A stretch of DNA of 64,000 nucleotides from Octopus vulgaris. Taxonomy: Eukaryota. The translations under genes were made by a program, and so were the position numbers. Shown piece by piece: positions 26,286 to 41,429 of this stretch. Where the stretch lies: NCBI GenBank assembly GCA_951406725.2, contig OX597823.1, positions 72,106,001-72,170,000 on the forward strand. The letters run 5' to 3'. Each line of letters opens with the position of its first letter. The first letter of the stretch is position 1. The notes beneath the pieces were generated by a model, which saw nothing but the letters and a program-made list of their open reading frames with translations, was not told the origin of the DNA and ran no database searches.

Positions 26286-26829
26286 ACTCACAAGTGTATA
26301 CTTAAACATTATATATTTAGAAGAATGAACGTGTTATGAAAAATAAAAAAACGAAAAAAAAGAAACCAAGTTCAATAAAACCAAAAGTATATACATGAGA
26401 ATTACGAATACAAACAAAATGTTAAAAAAGAAAATGGTGTAATCTCTCAGAAATTCCACTTTTCATGTAAAGTTCACTCTTTGACATTTATCTGTTACGT
26501 ACCAAAGAGAACTTTCAAGAGAGACAACTGCACATAATCTGAAACACGGAAGGTGGATTGTAGCTTTAAAGGTTGGGAAGGCAAAACCTAAGCCTTGCAC
26601 GCATTACAACGTTCACCCTTTTCTTTTATGTTGTTACTATTATTTATGTATTTATTTAGTGATTCGTTTATTTATTTTTAAATGTTCTATGCAGATAATT
26701 GTGACTTACTAACGATGAACCGCGTCTCGCCTCTTTTATTTCTTCGTCGATATGCACGATTGTGATGATGTTGTTCTTGGTCATGATGATGTTCTTGATG
26801 GTGATGATATTGATGTTGTTGTTATTGAC

Positions 26830-26860
<31 letters not shown>

Positions 26861-27110
26861 AACGATGACGACTATGCTGATGATAACGGTGATTGATGAT
26901 GATAATGTTGAAGACGATGGTGATGTGGAGATGGTAGAAGCAGTCGTCTTAACAATAATGGTGATATTGATGATTGAGGTGGCAGAGATAGAAATGGGTG
27001 GGATTATGAAATTGTCGATATCTTACTGGTGATGGAGCTGTTTAGACTTATTAAGTAGTGTTGTTGCTGTTATTGTTAAGGGTGCTCGTGGTGGTGTTAC
27101 TGATGTTGTA

Positions 27111-27373
27111 ACACACATATATATGCACCCTTTTTAAAGCCTAGCCAGGCTCATGGGCCTGAATTCCCGGTTTCAATGGCGTATGTGTTCCCCAGCTGGA
27201 CGGGACGCCAGTCCATCGCAGCGTTACACATTTTCGCCAGCTGAGTGGACTGGAGCAACGGGAAATGAAGTGTTTTGATCAAAAACACAACGCGTCATCC
27301 GGTCCAGGAATCGAAACCACAATCTTACGATCAGGATGCTGACACCCTAGCCACCAAGCCACGCGCCTCCACC
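27111..27373 (-). mobile_element. Family C SINE with 13-bp TSD
   Basis: TSD TACTGATGTTGTA at 27098-27110 and 27374-27386; tRNA-like head with A/B boxes on the minus strand. Confidence 0.85.
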
Positions 27374-27493
27374 TACTGATGTTGTACTTGTCGAAATTTG
27401 TTGTGTTTTAGAAGGTGGGCATAACGCAGAAGACGGGTGAATTGGTTAGAGCCGTAATTAATGGTAAGGACTGTGAAGTAATGATTATTATAT

Positions 27494-27698
27494 ACTCTTT
27501 TCTTTTTTTTTACTTGTTTCAGTAATTTGACTGCGGCCATGCTGGAGCACCGGTTTTAGTTGAGCAAATCGATCCCAGGACTTATTCTTTGTAAGCCTAG
27601 TACTTATTCTATCGGTTTTTTTGCCGAACCACTAATGTAACGGGGACATAAACACACCAGCATCGGTTGTCACGCGAAGTTGAGTGAGGACAAACACA

Positions 27699-27771
<73 letters not shown>

Positions 27772-27931
27772 GACGGGCTTCATTCAGTTTCCGTCTACTA
27801 AATCCACATACAAGGCTTTGGTCGGCCCGAGGCTATAGAAAAAAAATGGTTAAGGCGCCACGCAGTGAGACTGAACTCGGAACCATGTTGTTGGTAAGCA
27901 AGCTAATTACCACACAGACACTCCTGCACCT
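27494..27931 (-). mobile_element. Family A SINE, full length
   Basis: Reverse complement of the 4847-5249 type. Confidence 0.9.
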
Positions 27932-28045
27932 ATATATTTACACCAACAGTATAGTGATGGCTTGGAATGGTAGTATTTATAAACTATGATATGTGGAGTG
28001 GTAAAATTAAAGGTTTTAAACAATGAGGTACAGGAGTGGTTTTAT

Positions 28046-28208
28046 AGGCGCAGGAGTGGCTGTGTGGTAGGTAATTTGCTTACCAACCACATGGTTCCGG
28101 GTTCAGTCCTGCTGCGTGGCATCTTGGGCAAGTGTCTTCTTCTATAGCCTCGGGCCGACCAAAGCCTTGTGAGTTGATTTGGCAGACGGAAACTGAAAGA
28201 ATACCGTC

Positions 28209-28261
<53 letters not shown>

Positions 28262-28490
28262 TAAATGTATATATATGTTTGTGTGTGAGCTTGTCTCCCC
28301 AACATTCCTCGATAACCGATGTTGGTGTGTTTACGTCCCCGTAGCCTAGCAGTTCGGCAAAAGAGACCGACAGAATAAGTACTAGAATAAGTACTACAAA
28401 GAATAAGTCCTGAGGGGTCGATTTGCCCGACCAAAGGCGGTGCTCCAGCATGGCCACAGCCAAATGACTGAAATAAATAAAAGGATAAAA
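28046..28490 (+). mobile_element. Family A SINE, full length
   Basis: Head, internal (TA)n, tail. Confidence 0.9.
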
Positions 28491-28871
28491 AAATAACGAT
28501 AAATATAAGATATGTTCCTTACTTGCTGATTAACATATATATTTTTTCTCACTGCCTGTTTCAAATTTAGACTTATACTACACCAAGGAATTGACGTATT
28601 ATAAATCTAAATAATTAGTATTCAAGTAATTAATGACGTATTATAACATTTTAATCAACTGTATATCATGTCATTAACTTGACTAACGGAGAAAATTGTC
28701 AAATATTGAAGCAGAGATTGTTCCGCTTCGAGAGATCAAGTTCTCTTATTTTTGATATTCATACATATAAACAAATGCGTTGTACTAACATAGTATTCAT
28801 AACTTTTACTTGTCTTTACTTAGAATATGACACTAGCATAAAGAAATTTACTGTTAATATTTACAACTTAT

Positions 28872-29180
28872 TTAGAGCGGTGGGCAGGCAGAATTGTTAG
28901 CACGCCGGACAAAAATGTTTAGCGGCATTTCGTTTGTTTTACGTTCTGAGTTCAAATTCCGCCGAGGTCGACTTTGTGTTTCGTCCCTTCTGGTTCGATA
29001 AAATATGTACCATTTAAGCACTGGGGTTGTTGTAATCGACTTAGCGGATTTAGAAATCGAAAACTTTGTACCAATATTTGAAATCAATATTTAGAGCTTA
29101 TAAGGCAGTGAGCCGGTAGAATTTTTTTCACACCGGGCAAAATGCTTAGCGAGTCGAGCACTGCTAAATTTTGAAGCCAA
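28872..29180 (+). mobile_element. Two tandem family B SINEs (second internally deleted)
   Basis: gcggtgggcaggcagaattgttagcacgccgg...gttcaaattccgccgaggtcgac, then aaggcagtgagccggtagaat... Confidence 0.75.
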
Positions 29181-30159
29181 TATTAACAGCTCATTTTCAG
29201 ATAAAATGAAAGCCGCTATCTTTCAAGACTCGCTAATAAATCGGCAATAAATATGGACACGTTGATAATTTCGAACCACGAGCAATCTTTAAGAATTCAT
29301 CGATATTTTTCTTATGAAATTCAATTTTTCAAATGCACCATAATGATTTCCAAAATATCTGCCTTCTCACTGCCTGTACGTATTTAGACGGAATCAAATG
29401 AACTTTATATTAAGCAAACACCATGAGCAACATTATGTAGAAAAGCTGAAGAAAAAAAAATAGCAGAGAACAATTGATGAATTGCTATTTACGAATTCAT
29501 AGTGAAAATTAATTAAATAATACAAATTATTTAATGATATGTTGTTAAATATTTTCTCTAATTAGGACATATATCTTAAGCGATATTGTCCCGTCAACTG
29601 AGACTCAGAGGTACTTTAAACAGTGGATTATCAAGTGTATGAGAGACGATGTCATCAAATACAGTCAGTTTTGTTCTTCCTTTAGACACTTTCAGTGATT
29701 CGTTGACAAAAGTTAAATTAAATTTATAACTGTTCGGTTAACAAAAGTTGTCGACAACTTTTGTTTTAACAGACGAAAGTGCATTAAATTGAAGTTGGTT
29801 AGAGATTGTTCAAAGAACTTTATTGCAAATCATCTTTTTTTTCTATTTTATTTTATTTGTCAGAATCTAACAGAAACGAGATTTGATTAACGGTATCCAC
29901 AATATAATGCAGTTCGAATTTGTGGATGCCAGTAGTGAAACCTTGTGATTCTTAAACTGTAAAAAGAAATACATGTGTTTTTACAACAAAACACAATATC
30001 TGTATCAATAAAGAAACATAAGCTCAATGCAGGCAAATGAACAAACGTGATCTTAGTAAAAGGCCATGGCTTTAATTTCCCTCAACACAAATGACAGTGA
30101 CGTGGTATCTTTGTGAACAAGCATGTTAATACAAAACATGCGTAGATACACACATATAC

Positions 30160-30191
<32 letters not shown>

Positions 30192-33100
30192 CATACATAC
30201 ATGGATACATACTTACATACATACATACTTACATACATACATAGATATATACACAAACACACATACAGGCACTCAAATACATACGAATGGTGTGTCTATA
30301 TACCATGATAAGTGGTTTTGTGTTTGATGAGACGAAGAAGTTACCCTAATTCTGATGAGAGAGAAAGAGAAAGAGAAAAGAGAGAGAGAGCAGAAAAGTG
30401 AGAGAGAGGACGATAAAGAGGGAGAATTAACTTTTTTGGCATGGAAAATTTATCAGCTCACATTGCAAGAAAGCGTGTTCTATTGTCCATTGTAATAGAT
30501 CCATTCCGTACCTTAGACAACTTAGTTCTTTGGCAAATTTACCGCAGTTTTTCTTTCATTTATTTTTAGTTTTTGGATTAGATGTATTTCAAATTTTCTG
30601 CAAATACTTTAGCTACTCCAAAAAGAAAAAAAAAGAAATTCTATCCTACGAAGCGCTCCAGTAAGGTTGTTCCAACTTAGAGATCCTCCAATTCTAGTGA
30701 AAAAAAGATAAAACAAAACAATGTTTTAAAAATGTATTAAATATCGCTTAAATTATATTATAAGCAATTATTGAATTCTAAATCTAAAACTGCATTTCAT
30801 TGTTAGTTGTTGAGTTAGCGCTTAATTGATTGAACTATTATATTTTTATATATATATATCATTTAATACGCACATATTTTAAATTCGGGTTACTATTATT
30901 TTCGGTTTGAGAGTTTGAATGATTGACTGGAAATAGGTTATACAAGCTTGTGCAACCATCGTCTTTTCAGAGGCTTGAAACTAATAGCAGTTGTAATTTA
31001 AACCATGTGTATATTAAATGGTATTTATCTCACGCTTGATGGAGAACATTTATGTTGATTCCATTCAAGTATATATGTATGTATGTATGTATGTATATAT
31101 AAATGTATGTGTGTGTGTGCGTGTGTGTGTGTGTGTGTGAATGTACGCATATATACATATATACGTACATACAATCATCATCAGCAAATACATTTTACAC
31201 AATATATGTGCCACAAAACATGGTCGTTCACTGATCTCATCGATTTCCAACTGTTATGAGTAGTAAAAGCGACACGTCTTTTATTCATTTATAAATTCAT
31301 TATTCTACCTCCATCTTCTAGAAAATTTCCTGAGTGCACTAATTTCTTCCGTCTCACTGATAGTAACAATATTTATTTTATGTTGGTACAACAACACTTA
31401 TTCAGATGGATTGTGTAGTCGTTTAAATATAAATAACAGTGAAAATGATAATATCAATAATTATGATAAAAAAACATTACTAATACTGTTTATAATTTAT
31501 TTTAGAGGAAATATTAACTTGTTGACAGCTAACTGGTTTACATGAAATTATTCCGTCTCCATAAAGAAAATATCTTGTACCCTTACAAGGGCTGCTTAAT
31601 CGATTCTATCCAATTCAAGAATCACATGAAGCAAATCACTTGATTTATTCGTTGATTGATTGATTGTCGAAGGGAGATCTTTGAGAGGTAGCGTTCGCTT
31701 TCTGTGACCGTCATCACGAAGATAAACAAAACGGAGACATGCAACTGCTTGCACAATCTCGTTCTATGGCATATCAAATATTGACAAAGATGGAAATAAT
31801 ATATGCAGTGGCAGTGGTGATATAGGTAATAATCTTAATAATGATGAGTTTGCTGAGGCAGATGTAGACAGCACTTATAATTATGATGGCACGACTACTG
31901 CAACTGTTCATTTCGCAATAAAAGCCATAGTTGTTTGAAGTATAGTGTGTAGTTTACGCATTTCTCAGCTAAAGAAGTTACACATACTAGATGGTAAAAC
32001 CGTTGTGTAATCTCGATTTTCTGAAGATTACTTCTTAGTAGTCCGATCTTGCTAATATCTGCTCCATGTTTTATAGATTTATTGTTAAAAAATGCAATAA
32101 ATAAAATCAAAAATAGTATCTACCTTTTGTATGACTCTATTGGGAAATACAGGAACCGAAACATAACCTTCAATTAATCTATTTAATGGGATTAAAAATA
32201 AGCAATACACACAACATGCTGCTGCCACTATGGATCTAGGATCCGGTTTTGTTTGCATCAGTTTAAAGCTTTACTTATATCATTATCGATCTTTCAAAAC
32301 TGCGTAAATTTTGGTGACTTCTTATACATTGTACACGAGAAGGAAGATTGTATAAGAGAGGAATACGAGACGACTCTGAGTTTTAGTGAAATGCAAGATA
32401 CAAGTGTTTTATTTTGATTTGTGCAAGAATCTTTTCAAACTAAATATTTTTCCTGCGTTTGTATGCATTCTAAATTGCTTGTAGAAACACATCCTAATCG
32501 CCGTTTTATATTGAACCAATTAAGAAAGTATATAGGCAAGAAATACAATAATCCAATGCTTTGTGCTAGTTCCATGTCTTCTATATTTTCTACGTGTATG
32601 TCGATATATAGTGAGAGTTAGTAGCTACATATCAGCTCATTTTATAGTTTATATGAGAAAATGACAGGCGTAAGTAAAATCATTTTATCAATCGAGGTTA
32701 GCTTGATTAGTTTACTGTGAACTGAAAATGATTATAAAAGCAATTCACATTTGAATTCGTTTCCAGAGATTTGCTATTTACCATATCGCAAATTTATATT
32801 GGTGCAGTTACGCAGACTAGCTTTAAAAATAAATTGACAGTAAATCCTGCTGTATCAGTTTACCGCATTAGCTGAATTATACTGCGGCTGTATGAGGTGC
32901 AAAATGTGAGGATCTAGGATGTCCAATAGTAAATGATGTTTATGCAGTGGGAAAGAAGAAGGCAAGTGAAAATTTAATGTAAAAATGTGAGATAGAATAT
33001 TGCTTTTAAAGCTCACTTCAATTAATCTAGAGAACTCATACACGGAAACCTCTGTTATCATTTCATCAGAACGCATTTATAGGTTTCAATTTCGAGACAA

Positions 33101-33700
33101 ATTGAATCGATGTCCTTCATAACTTTTGGGTTTCAGTTTGCAGATGAAAATCGAGACTAAAGAAAATGGCGACAACGAAAACAACTGCCTTAACTTTTAT
33201 AGGCTGAATATTTGTTATTGACATGTTCAACTGGCTGCCATCTTGTTTGTTATTGATGTGTTTATAGGAGAGCTATTTTGTTTGTTATTGAAGAGTTCAT
33301 ATGATGGCCACCTTGATATTTTATGAATATCTTCACATAGCAGATTAGTTGGCGGCTTTCACTTAAGTGTGCGTTCTTTACCTCAGAAAATACATTTTGT
33401 ATTTGGTAAGTATAACATACACACAGACACAAGCACACACACGCACGCACGCGCGCACACGCACGCACGCGCACACACACGCACGCGCACACACACGCAC
33501 GCGCACACACACAAACATACGTACGCGCACACGCACTTTCTCTGTCTGTTTGTTATACATTATATATGTCTGCTTGTATAGTGTGTGTGTGTATGTATAT
33601 ATTTATGTATGTATACATGCATATATATATATATATATATTCATATATATTTATTTTTATATATTGTGAAAACACACACACAAACACACAAACACGCACA

Positions 33701-33780
<80 letters not shown>

Positions 33781-34139
33781 CGTATGTATGCTTCGTACGT
33801 AATATTTAAGATGCATTTCATCCTATTCAAAACGTTAAGATAATGTATATTCACACATCTACGATTATAGTATACTTGAGATAAATGCTCACATTACGTA
33901 TATATTTGGTAGACTTACAACTTAACGACAGTTAATGTCGGTAATATATTTCATTATTAGTTATAATGCTAATACATTTTTTTACAAAGTAAAGCACTAC
34001 TACACTAACAATTACATACCAGCCACTAACTCTATTGGATTTCATTGGGGGCCTACCTCATCCAATTGGAGTTATAATCTCCTGAAAATTGAAAATTGCT
34101 CTTTAAACTCGCTATATCTGGCATTAACTGACAGTTCAG

Positions 34140-34277
34140 TGTGTGTGTGTGTGTGTATTTTCTTTGTTTCTGTGTTTATTCTCTACCACCGCTTGACAAC
34201 CGTAATCTAGCGGTTCTGCAAAAGAGACCGATAGAATAAGTACCAGGTTCCGCATAAATAAGTACGAGGGTCGATTA
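34140..34277 (+). mobile_element. Family A SINE fragment
   Basis: ccaccgcttgacaacc...tagcggttctgcaaaagagaccgatagaataagtacc. Confidence 0.75.
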
Positions 34278-36444
34278 TATGTGCGTGTGTATGTGTGTGT
34301 ATGTATATGCATGTATGTGTGCGTGCGTTTGTGTGTATGTCTGTGTGTGCGCGTGTTTGTGATTATGTGCATGTGTACCCAAATCTTCTAGTGTAAATAT
34401 TCCAGGTACATTAGAGTTAAATGCAGCATGTTAGAATTTCAAAGAATAAGATATATGATAAGAAGGAGAGTGAATATAATACAACTTTATTATTAGTTAC
34501 AATTATTTCCCTACCTTTCTATTTCTAACCATTTTTCACGTAAATGTATACACACACAGACAGACAGACACACAGATTCACTCGCATGGCGCGCGCATGT
34601 ATACACGCTTATAGCATTGTGAACAAACCAATGTGAACTTTGCATCGAAGAAATATACCAAATTCTTACGTAAAAATACAAATTAATCAGCGCTAAAAGA
34701 GAAAGTGGTTCCTGTTGTGTTCATAAAGTTAAATATACATTCAATAAACTAAAATAGATATGATTTAATAAGCACAGTGGGAATAACACTTAATAATACT
34801 TAAGAATTGTTCTTACCTTCTATAAATTTTGAATAGTCTTAGTTGAAAATAAACACCGTGTATATAATACTTAGGAATTACGCTTCTATACTTTAAGTCA
34901 AATTGACTAATATCTGTAGGAACCCAAAATATCATTTATATTAATAGTAACTAATATAAATTTCAATAATAAACAAAATAAGTTAAAGTAGTAATTGAGT
35001 ACATACCTAGGTTTACTTTATCAATAATAAGAGAATAGAAGAACGTATTACGGACATAATGAATAGTAGGAATGGTAGAGGCAGGCCTGGAAGGTGATAT
35101 GGTCAATAATTTAACAGGTAGAGTAGAATAGAGAAGTGAAGAATGTGTTATGAACATACTGAGTAGGTTGAAAAGTAATGGCTAGCTTGTAAACAGCTGT
35201 TCGGCACTATTGAAAGGGTAAATAGTAACATCACCTAGTTCTGAAATATACCTGTCCCTTGTCCAGTAAGATCAAAATCAACTTCTGACTATTTTTAGAA
35301 CAGAATCCAAGACACATATGCTACAATTCAATTGGAATAAACCCTCCATCTTTTAGGATGTGAAAAAATGGAAGTCAATTTGTTCTGGAGAAGTTTTTGC
35401 TTTCAACTTCATAATACATTTAAATGTGGAAATTTGGATGTCTCAAACATTTCTGAGCTGAGCATATCAACAATAAAGTGAATATTCTCTGAATAGAAAT
35501 ATACTATGTGCCATTATATTATAATACTATTTGCCTTGAACATAAATTTAATATATACAGTACTAATATACTATTATGATAATTATTTACTTTGAACTTA
35601 ATTATTCCTGATCCTAATATAGTATTAATATATAATTATTGTATAACTCAAAATCCTGACGTGCTACAGCATTTCTGAGTTCATATTCGGAATCAGTGTA
35701 CTCGATTTAGTTTAGTACGGCACCATTTGTCAGGGTAGCAGGCAATAAATCTTTTTTTGTTGCGCAGTGTTATTCTATAAATTCAATATTAATGATATTC
35801 TTAATTCTATCTCGAAAAATTAAAATAAAGTATATAATTTAATACTCAAACTTTATTAAGAGTCACATTAAAATTAATCCAAATGTCTAAACCTACAAAG
35901 AGAGTACATTATAATAGTTTATTAAATGACCGAAATTGCAATAAATGATCAAACTTGGCAGCTACTTTCGATATTTTCGAATGTTTAGATTACGAATCAT
36001 TTTGATAATCAAGCAGATATTAATACAGTTAAAAGCTTCCTTTAGGATAACTATCTTTCTGGGTTGATTCATTGTAGACTGCGGACTTCAGAAGACCTTA
36101 AGGAAAAATCTAAAAGTTTCAGGTTTGGATAACTAAGTGATCGTTTAACCAAACTTCGTTTCCCACATTACATTCCTGGTTATTTTTTATCCAAATAATC
36201 ACACACCTTGATAATAAAAAGTGCAATCTGCGTCTTTCGAACCAAGGAATATCATCAAAGTTAGAGATAGTAACTTACGGATATATTAATTCTCTTCTTA
36301 TCAAAAATGTAGATCTATAAATGATTCACTAAAATACCCTTACCCAAATCCTAATAAATTTATCAGAAGTATATTCATAAAGGTAAATTATTTATTGAAC
36401 TCAGACATTTACTGAAATCTTTCTATCTTCCAACCTTCTTCCGC

Positions 36445-36509
<65 letters not shown>

Positions 36510-37294
36510 GATATACATCACACACACTCGCATACACACATACACACACATACACGAGATGTGTGTACGCAAATAATTCAGTGTAGACGAGTGGGTCCCA
36601 AACAAGTAATGCTGATATAATTTGTCTGTTTCTGAGTAAATGTAAATAACTATTGCTTATTCAGCATTTAAGAGATCTAAATTTGATTTATTTAGAGAAT
36701 TTTTTTTGCTCCATTTTCTCTTTTCAATAAAGAACTCGTATATAACTTGTATACCTCTTGTTGAAAATGGGCGAAAATTGTTTTCCTTCTCGAAATGAAA
36801 CGTTTACAGAACAAAATTTTGTAAGTCCGGATTCTCACAGAAAATATTTATTGCTTTTCTTACATTTTCGCTAATCGTCTCCGTGTACATTTGGAGCCAT
36901 TGTGCATTTGAAGTAGATACATAACATATTGGCTATTCATAGTTTTATCAAATACGTGCAACCTCCCGAAGATAAGTGTTGCAAAATATGTCATTTTTTT
37001 CTTGCAGTGTTCTGCCTAAACTGCAAGGGAGTTTACAAATAACACTAGCTGCATTTCCCATGCGGGTGAAGTACAAAATCGTTTTCGACATTTAAGCAAC
37101 CACATATCTCAGCACACTCCTAGTTCAAATAAATGTAGATGGTGTTACCAAACATGCAAATAATATATATTTAAGATAGTCTTTCATAAATAAATACGGT
37201 ACGTATGTGTATGTATGTATGCATGTATGTACGTATGTATACCTAACTCCCTACCTGCCTGCTTACCTACCTATATAAACCTACCTACCTACCT

Positions 37295-37348
<54 letters not shown>

Positions 37349-40300
37349 GCACATGCACCAATACATTTACATTTGTCAACAAGCTTGTTCCCTTACATAT
37401 TTATTCAAATTCCGTATGTTGAAGCAATCATTTCTCTCTTATTTAGTTCTCTCAATAATGCAAACCTTTTGAATCGCTTTCGTAAATATGATTACATTGC
37501 CTCAGTTTGCGCTCTCCACTTGCTCTATATCTCTGTTCAATGCACGGTACTCACTAGGAAAAAGCAATTTTTCATTTTTTATTTTCTTCGTTTCTCTTCC
37601 ATTTCATTCCTAATTTATCGTGTTAAGTATTACGAGAGCATAAAAAACGGTCGGTGATAACAGTTCTACCTTAAGCGCGTTACTTAGTTCTTGTTTAGCT
37701 CCTGCTAACACTGTAAAGAAAATAGATTTTCTTTTTGCATCTTTGTAGTGTTAAGTAAATAATATTTAAATAAATCAGTATAAAATATTAGTCTTATTGC
37801 TGAGTCTCACACGCTTTTTTTATTTTTGTACAACGTAGTTTTTCACTGAACGATATAAAACTATTTATCAAGAAAAAAATTAAATCAGTACTTAGATTTA
37901 TGTTGCATTTTTCTTTTTGCTCTTTTTTTTCGCCTTGATTCAGAAAATAGCCAGAATTCTCTAAAGAACTAAGTTGCAAAAGAGCCGGGGTGGGGTGGGA
38001 TTTAAATTTACAAATACTTCATAATTTGCACTTATTACTACAAAGCAGAACTCCAATCTGAATTATCTCGCATTGTAATGTGTTTGTTGATTAAAATAAA
38101 ATTCGTTAAAAATCTAGAAGTGTCATTGATTGAAACCCAAACTGTTTGGAGTTGCTTTATAAGATTTTTGGATAACCTGTTGTAATTACGTATTAGAAGT
38201 ATATCACTCATTGTATGTTCGGAAATATTATTTCTATTTCATGAATTCTATCAGTAAACATTAAATTAAGTCGAAATATTTTCTGTTTATCGTATTTACT
38301 TGGTTTTGTGAGTTGGCGTATGTCTTTAGTTTAAGCAAAATTTAAAATTCATTGAAGTGTCGGCCCGATATTTAAGAGAAATAAATCGACAAGTTCATTA
38401 AATAACGAAATAATATTTTCTTTTTTTTTAATAATAATATTAAGCAAAATGAGGTTTATCTTCGATCTGTTCAGTTGCACCAATAAAAGCAGTGATAATA
38501 TCATTGAAGTAATGTTGGCGTGGCTTTTGAGATATTATCTCTCCATACTTCTATTAATATTTCATTAATGATATTTTCAGCATATAAGAAATTTTCGTCT
38601 CCCTTGACATCACAATCATCACTAGATCTGATATTCTCAAGCTTGCTGTCAACATCTATAAAAGCTCGTTTCCTTGATTTAGCGGACGACATTATAAAAC
38701 GTTAAGTGGGTGGTAGAGCATCTGATCAAATATCTTGTAATACTGTGCTACGTTCCTTTACGTTCCGAGTTTAAATGCTGACTGTCAATTTCGAAAGGAT
38801 AACATAAGGATCTATCAATAAAATACACACTGGAGAATGATGTGATTCGTTATAAAGCGGTGCCCTGCACAACTAAATAACTTAAATACGTTTGAAATAT
38901 TCTTTGACTGGTTCAAATGCACCATTGAAGGTTAAACGTATATTCCCTATGATGGCTGTCTCGTGTGAGCCCTGTCAAGATATCTTTAATCAAACACTGC
39001 CATATTTAACAAGCTGGATTTAGACACCCAGGGATAATAGTTTTGTATAATTGTATGTAGTTAAGGGACGTGTGAATTTATCAATCATTCTGCGCATACA
39101 GCGACAGACACAATATACTTTATAGTATTTAAAATGGGTTTCTTAAAGATAATTATGTTTATCACAATTTTGCAAAATGATGTGAGCGTAGAAATTTCAA
39201 ATCAATTTTCAGTCAAATCCAATTTTCTCTGTACTGCTTCTCTATACTGTCTCACCCTATAAGAAAATTGATGTTGTTCTCTCCATTGAAGCAAGATGAT
39301 TCATGTCAGTTCCAATGAGAAAGCCTCATAGTGTTAACTTATCCTGCTAGAAATAGCAACTAAATATGCATATGCTGCTGGACAAGAGACGGTATAGCTA
39401 TGTATAGAAAGTATTTGAACATTGGTTTGCTTGATAAATGTTGACGAGGATATGAATAATTATAGCAATCCCTCTGTCAGGATAGTCAGGAATACTGCCT
39501 CACTTCATCCGATAAATTTTTCCAAATATCCAAAGAAAAAAGTAAACATTTATAGATTGCATATACTTCATTTATTAAGTATCATAGTTATAAAATTCCT
39601 TGAATATATAAATGTTTATCACTTGGAGAATATGAAGATACCCATAAAATGGATTACGATGTAGTCAGGCTATGAAACTTGTTCCAAAATGTCTTGTCCA
39701 ATAAATATCTAAGCTACTGACACAAGATGTTGTTATTACAGTTATAAATCTTCAAACTATTTAGTTTTTACTTCTGTACTACGTTTCCATTCTTTTCACG
39801 TATGTAAGCCAGAAAAGCTTGGGTGATAAATCCTCTCCTACTCTTAATTTAGAAATGAAGGCCCTTGCTTCAGATCCAGCTCAGTGCTACACGACTTATC
39901 GTCAGACATATACAACAGGGATAGATTTGAACGACGGATCTTTCATTTCTTCGTAATCGACTAATCTCATTTAGAGTTAAATACTTGACTATTTAACAAA
40001 CGGTTCTGCTTCAGCGCAATTCACAGGCTGAATCAGTGTGACAATGCATAACAGACCGAATTTGGTAACCGTTTCAATTCCAGAAAAAGGACGGACTTCC
40101 ACACGTGTTCCGTCCATGAAATTTTGCCCACAGAAGCTGGAATGACACGCTGTTCTTGTAAAAAGCATCTACCCAATGTGCCACACAGTGGAATCGAACC
40201 CGGAACTATTGATAGTAAAGTGGTCTTCATATTCATGGGACCAACCTACGTCCGTTATTTTCCATATACCCGGGAAGAAGATACATGGTATCGTGACTGG

Positions 40301-40910
40301 AGATCGTATTAACGAAATGTAGTGTAGATGTAAACAAGGAAAATATTTCGTCTCTAACAATGACGTTAATTAAAACTGTACCGTTCAGCTTCAGTCATCT
40401 ATTTTTACAATCATTCTTTTTAACTATGCACACAAATAAGGAGAAAATGAGAAATATTGTTTGAATAGTTTTACATTTATATGACTGACACAGAGCCAAG
40501 GAACAAGTGTTGGGGCGGAGGTGATCCGATACTCTAATAAAAGAAACCAAATAGGTGCAATATGAAGACAGACGCGAAAATAATTCTCTTTGAATTGGTT
40601 CATAATAATTCATAATAATTCATTCATTGATTCTTAATGTGTGATATCATTACTTAATTTATCGATTCTGGGGAATTAAATATCAAAATTAAGAATCTAA
40701 GGATATGAATCCGGAATCTACAGTCATTTAAAAACTGCAATTTTATAATTTTATTTTTAATAGATATAGAATTCCTTAGAAAGGAACCGATTCTTAATGG
40801 AGAGGAAATGCACACAATTTTTGGCAAGTAAAGCTCTATAAACATGGAATTGCAAAAGAATTAATGATAATATATTCCAGAAACACATGTCTCTAGGAAT
40901 AAGAAATATT

Positions 40911-41124
40911 CTTTTCTACTCAAAGCACAAGGCCCGAAATTTTTGGCGAGGGGGATAGTCGATTAGATCGGCCGTAGTACGCATCTGGTACTTAATTTAT
41001 CGACCCCGAAAGGATGTAAGGCAAAGTCGACCTCGGCGGAATTTGAACTCAGAACTTAAAGACATACAAAACACCCTCTAAGCATTTCGTCCGGCGTGCT
41101 AACCTTTCTGCCAGTTCGCCGCCT
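40911..41124 (-). mobile_element. Family B SINE with perfect 17-bp TSD
   Basis: TSD TAGGAATAAGAAATATT at 40894-40910 and 41125-41141. Confidence 0.9.
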
Positions 41125-41213
41125 TAGGAATAAGAAATATTACATACACATACATGCACTACAAATTCACATACACATACATGTAATACAAAGGTAAACA
41201 ATAACACAGAAAT

Positions 41214-41429
41214 GTTGGTTTCAAGTTTTGGCACAAGGCCAGCAGCTTCGGGAACGGGACTAAGTCGGCTACATAGACTCCCCAGCTTGACTGATACTTA
41301 TTATATTGACCTCGAATGGGTGAAACGCAAAATCGACCTCGGTGGAATTTGAACTCAGAACATCCAGACGAACGAAATGCCACTGCCCTTTTGTCCGGTT
41401 TTCTAACGATTGTGCCAGCCCACCGCCTT
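41214..41429 (-). mobile_element. Family B SINE with 14-bp TSD
   Basis: TSD AATAACACAGAAAT at 41200-41213 and 41430-41443. Confidence 0.85.

Noticed and set aside
38501-38692. ORF resembling a piggyBac-type acidic N-terminus
   Set aside because: No catalytic motifs or TTAA-flanked TIR pair identified.
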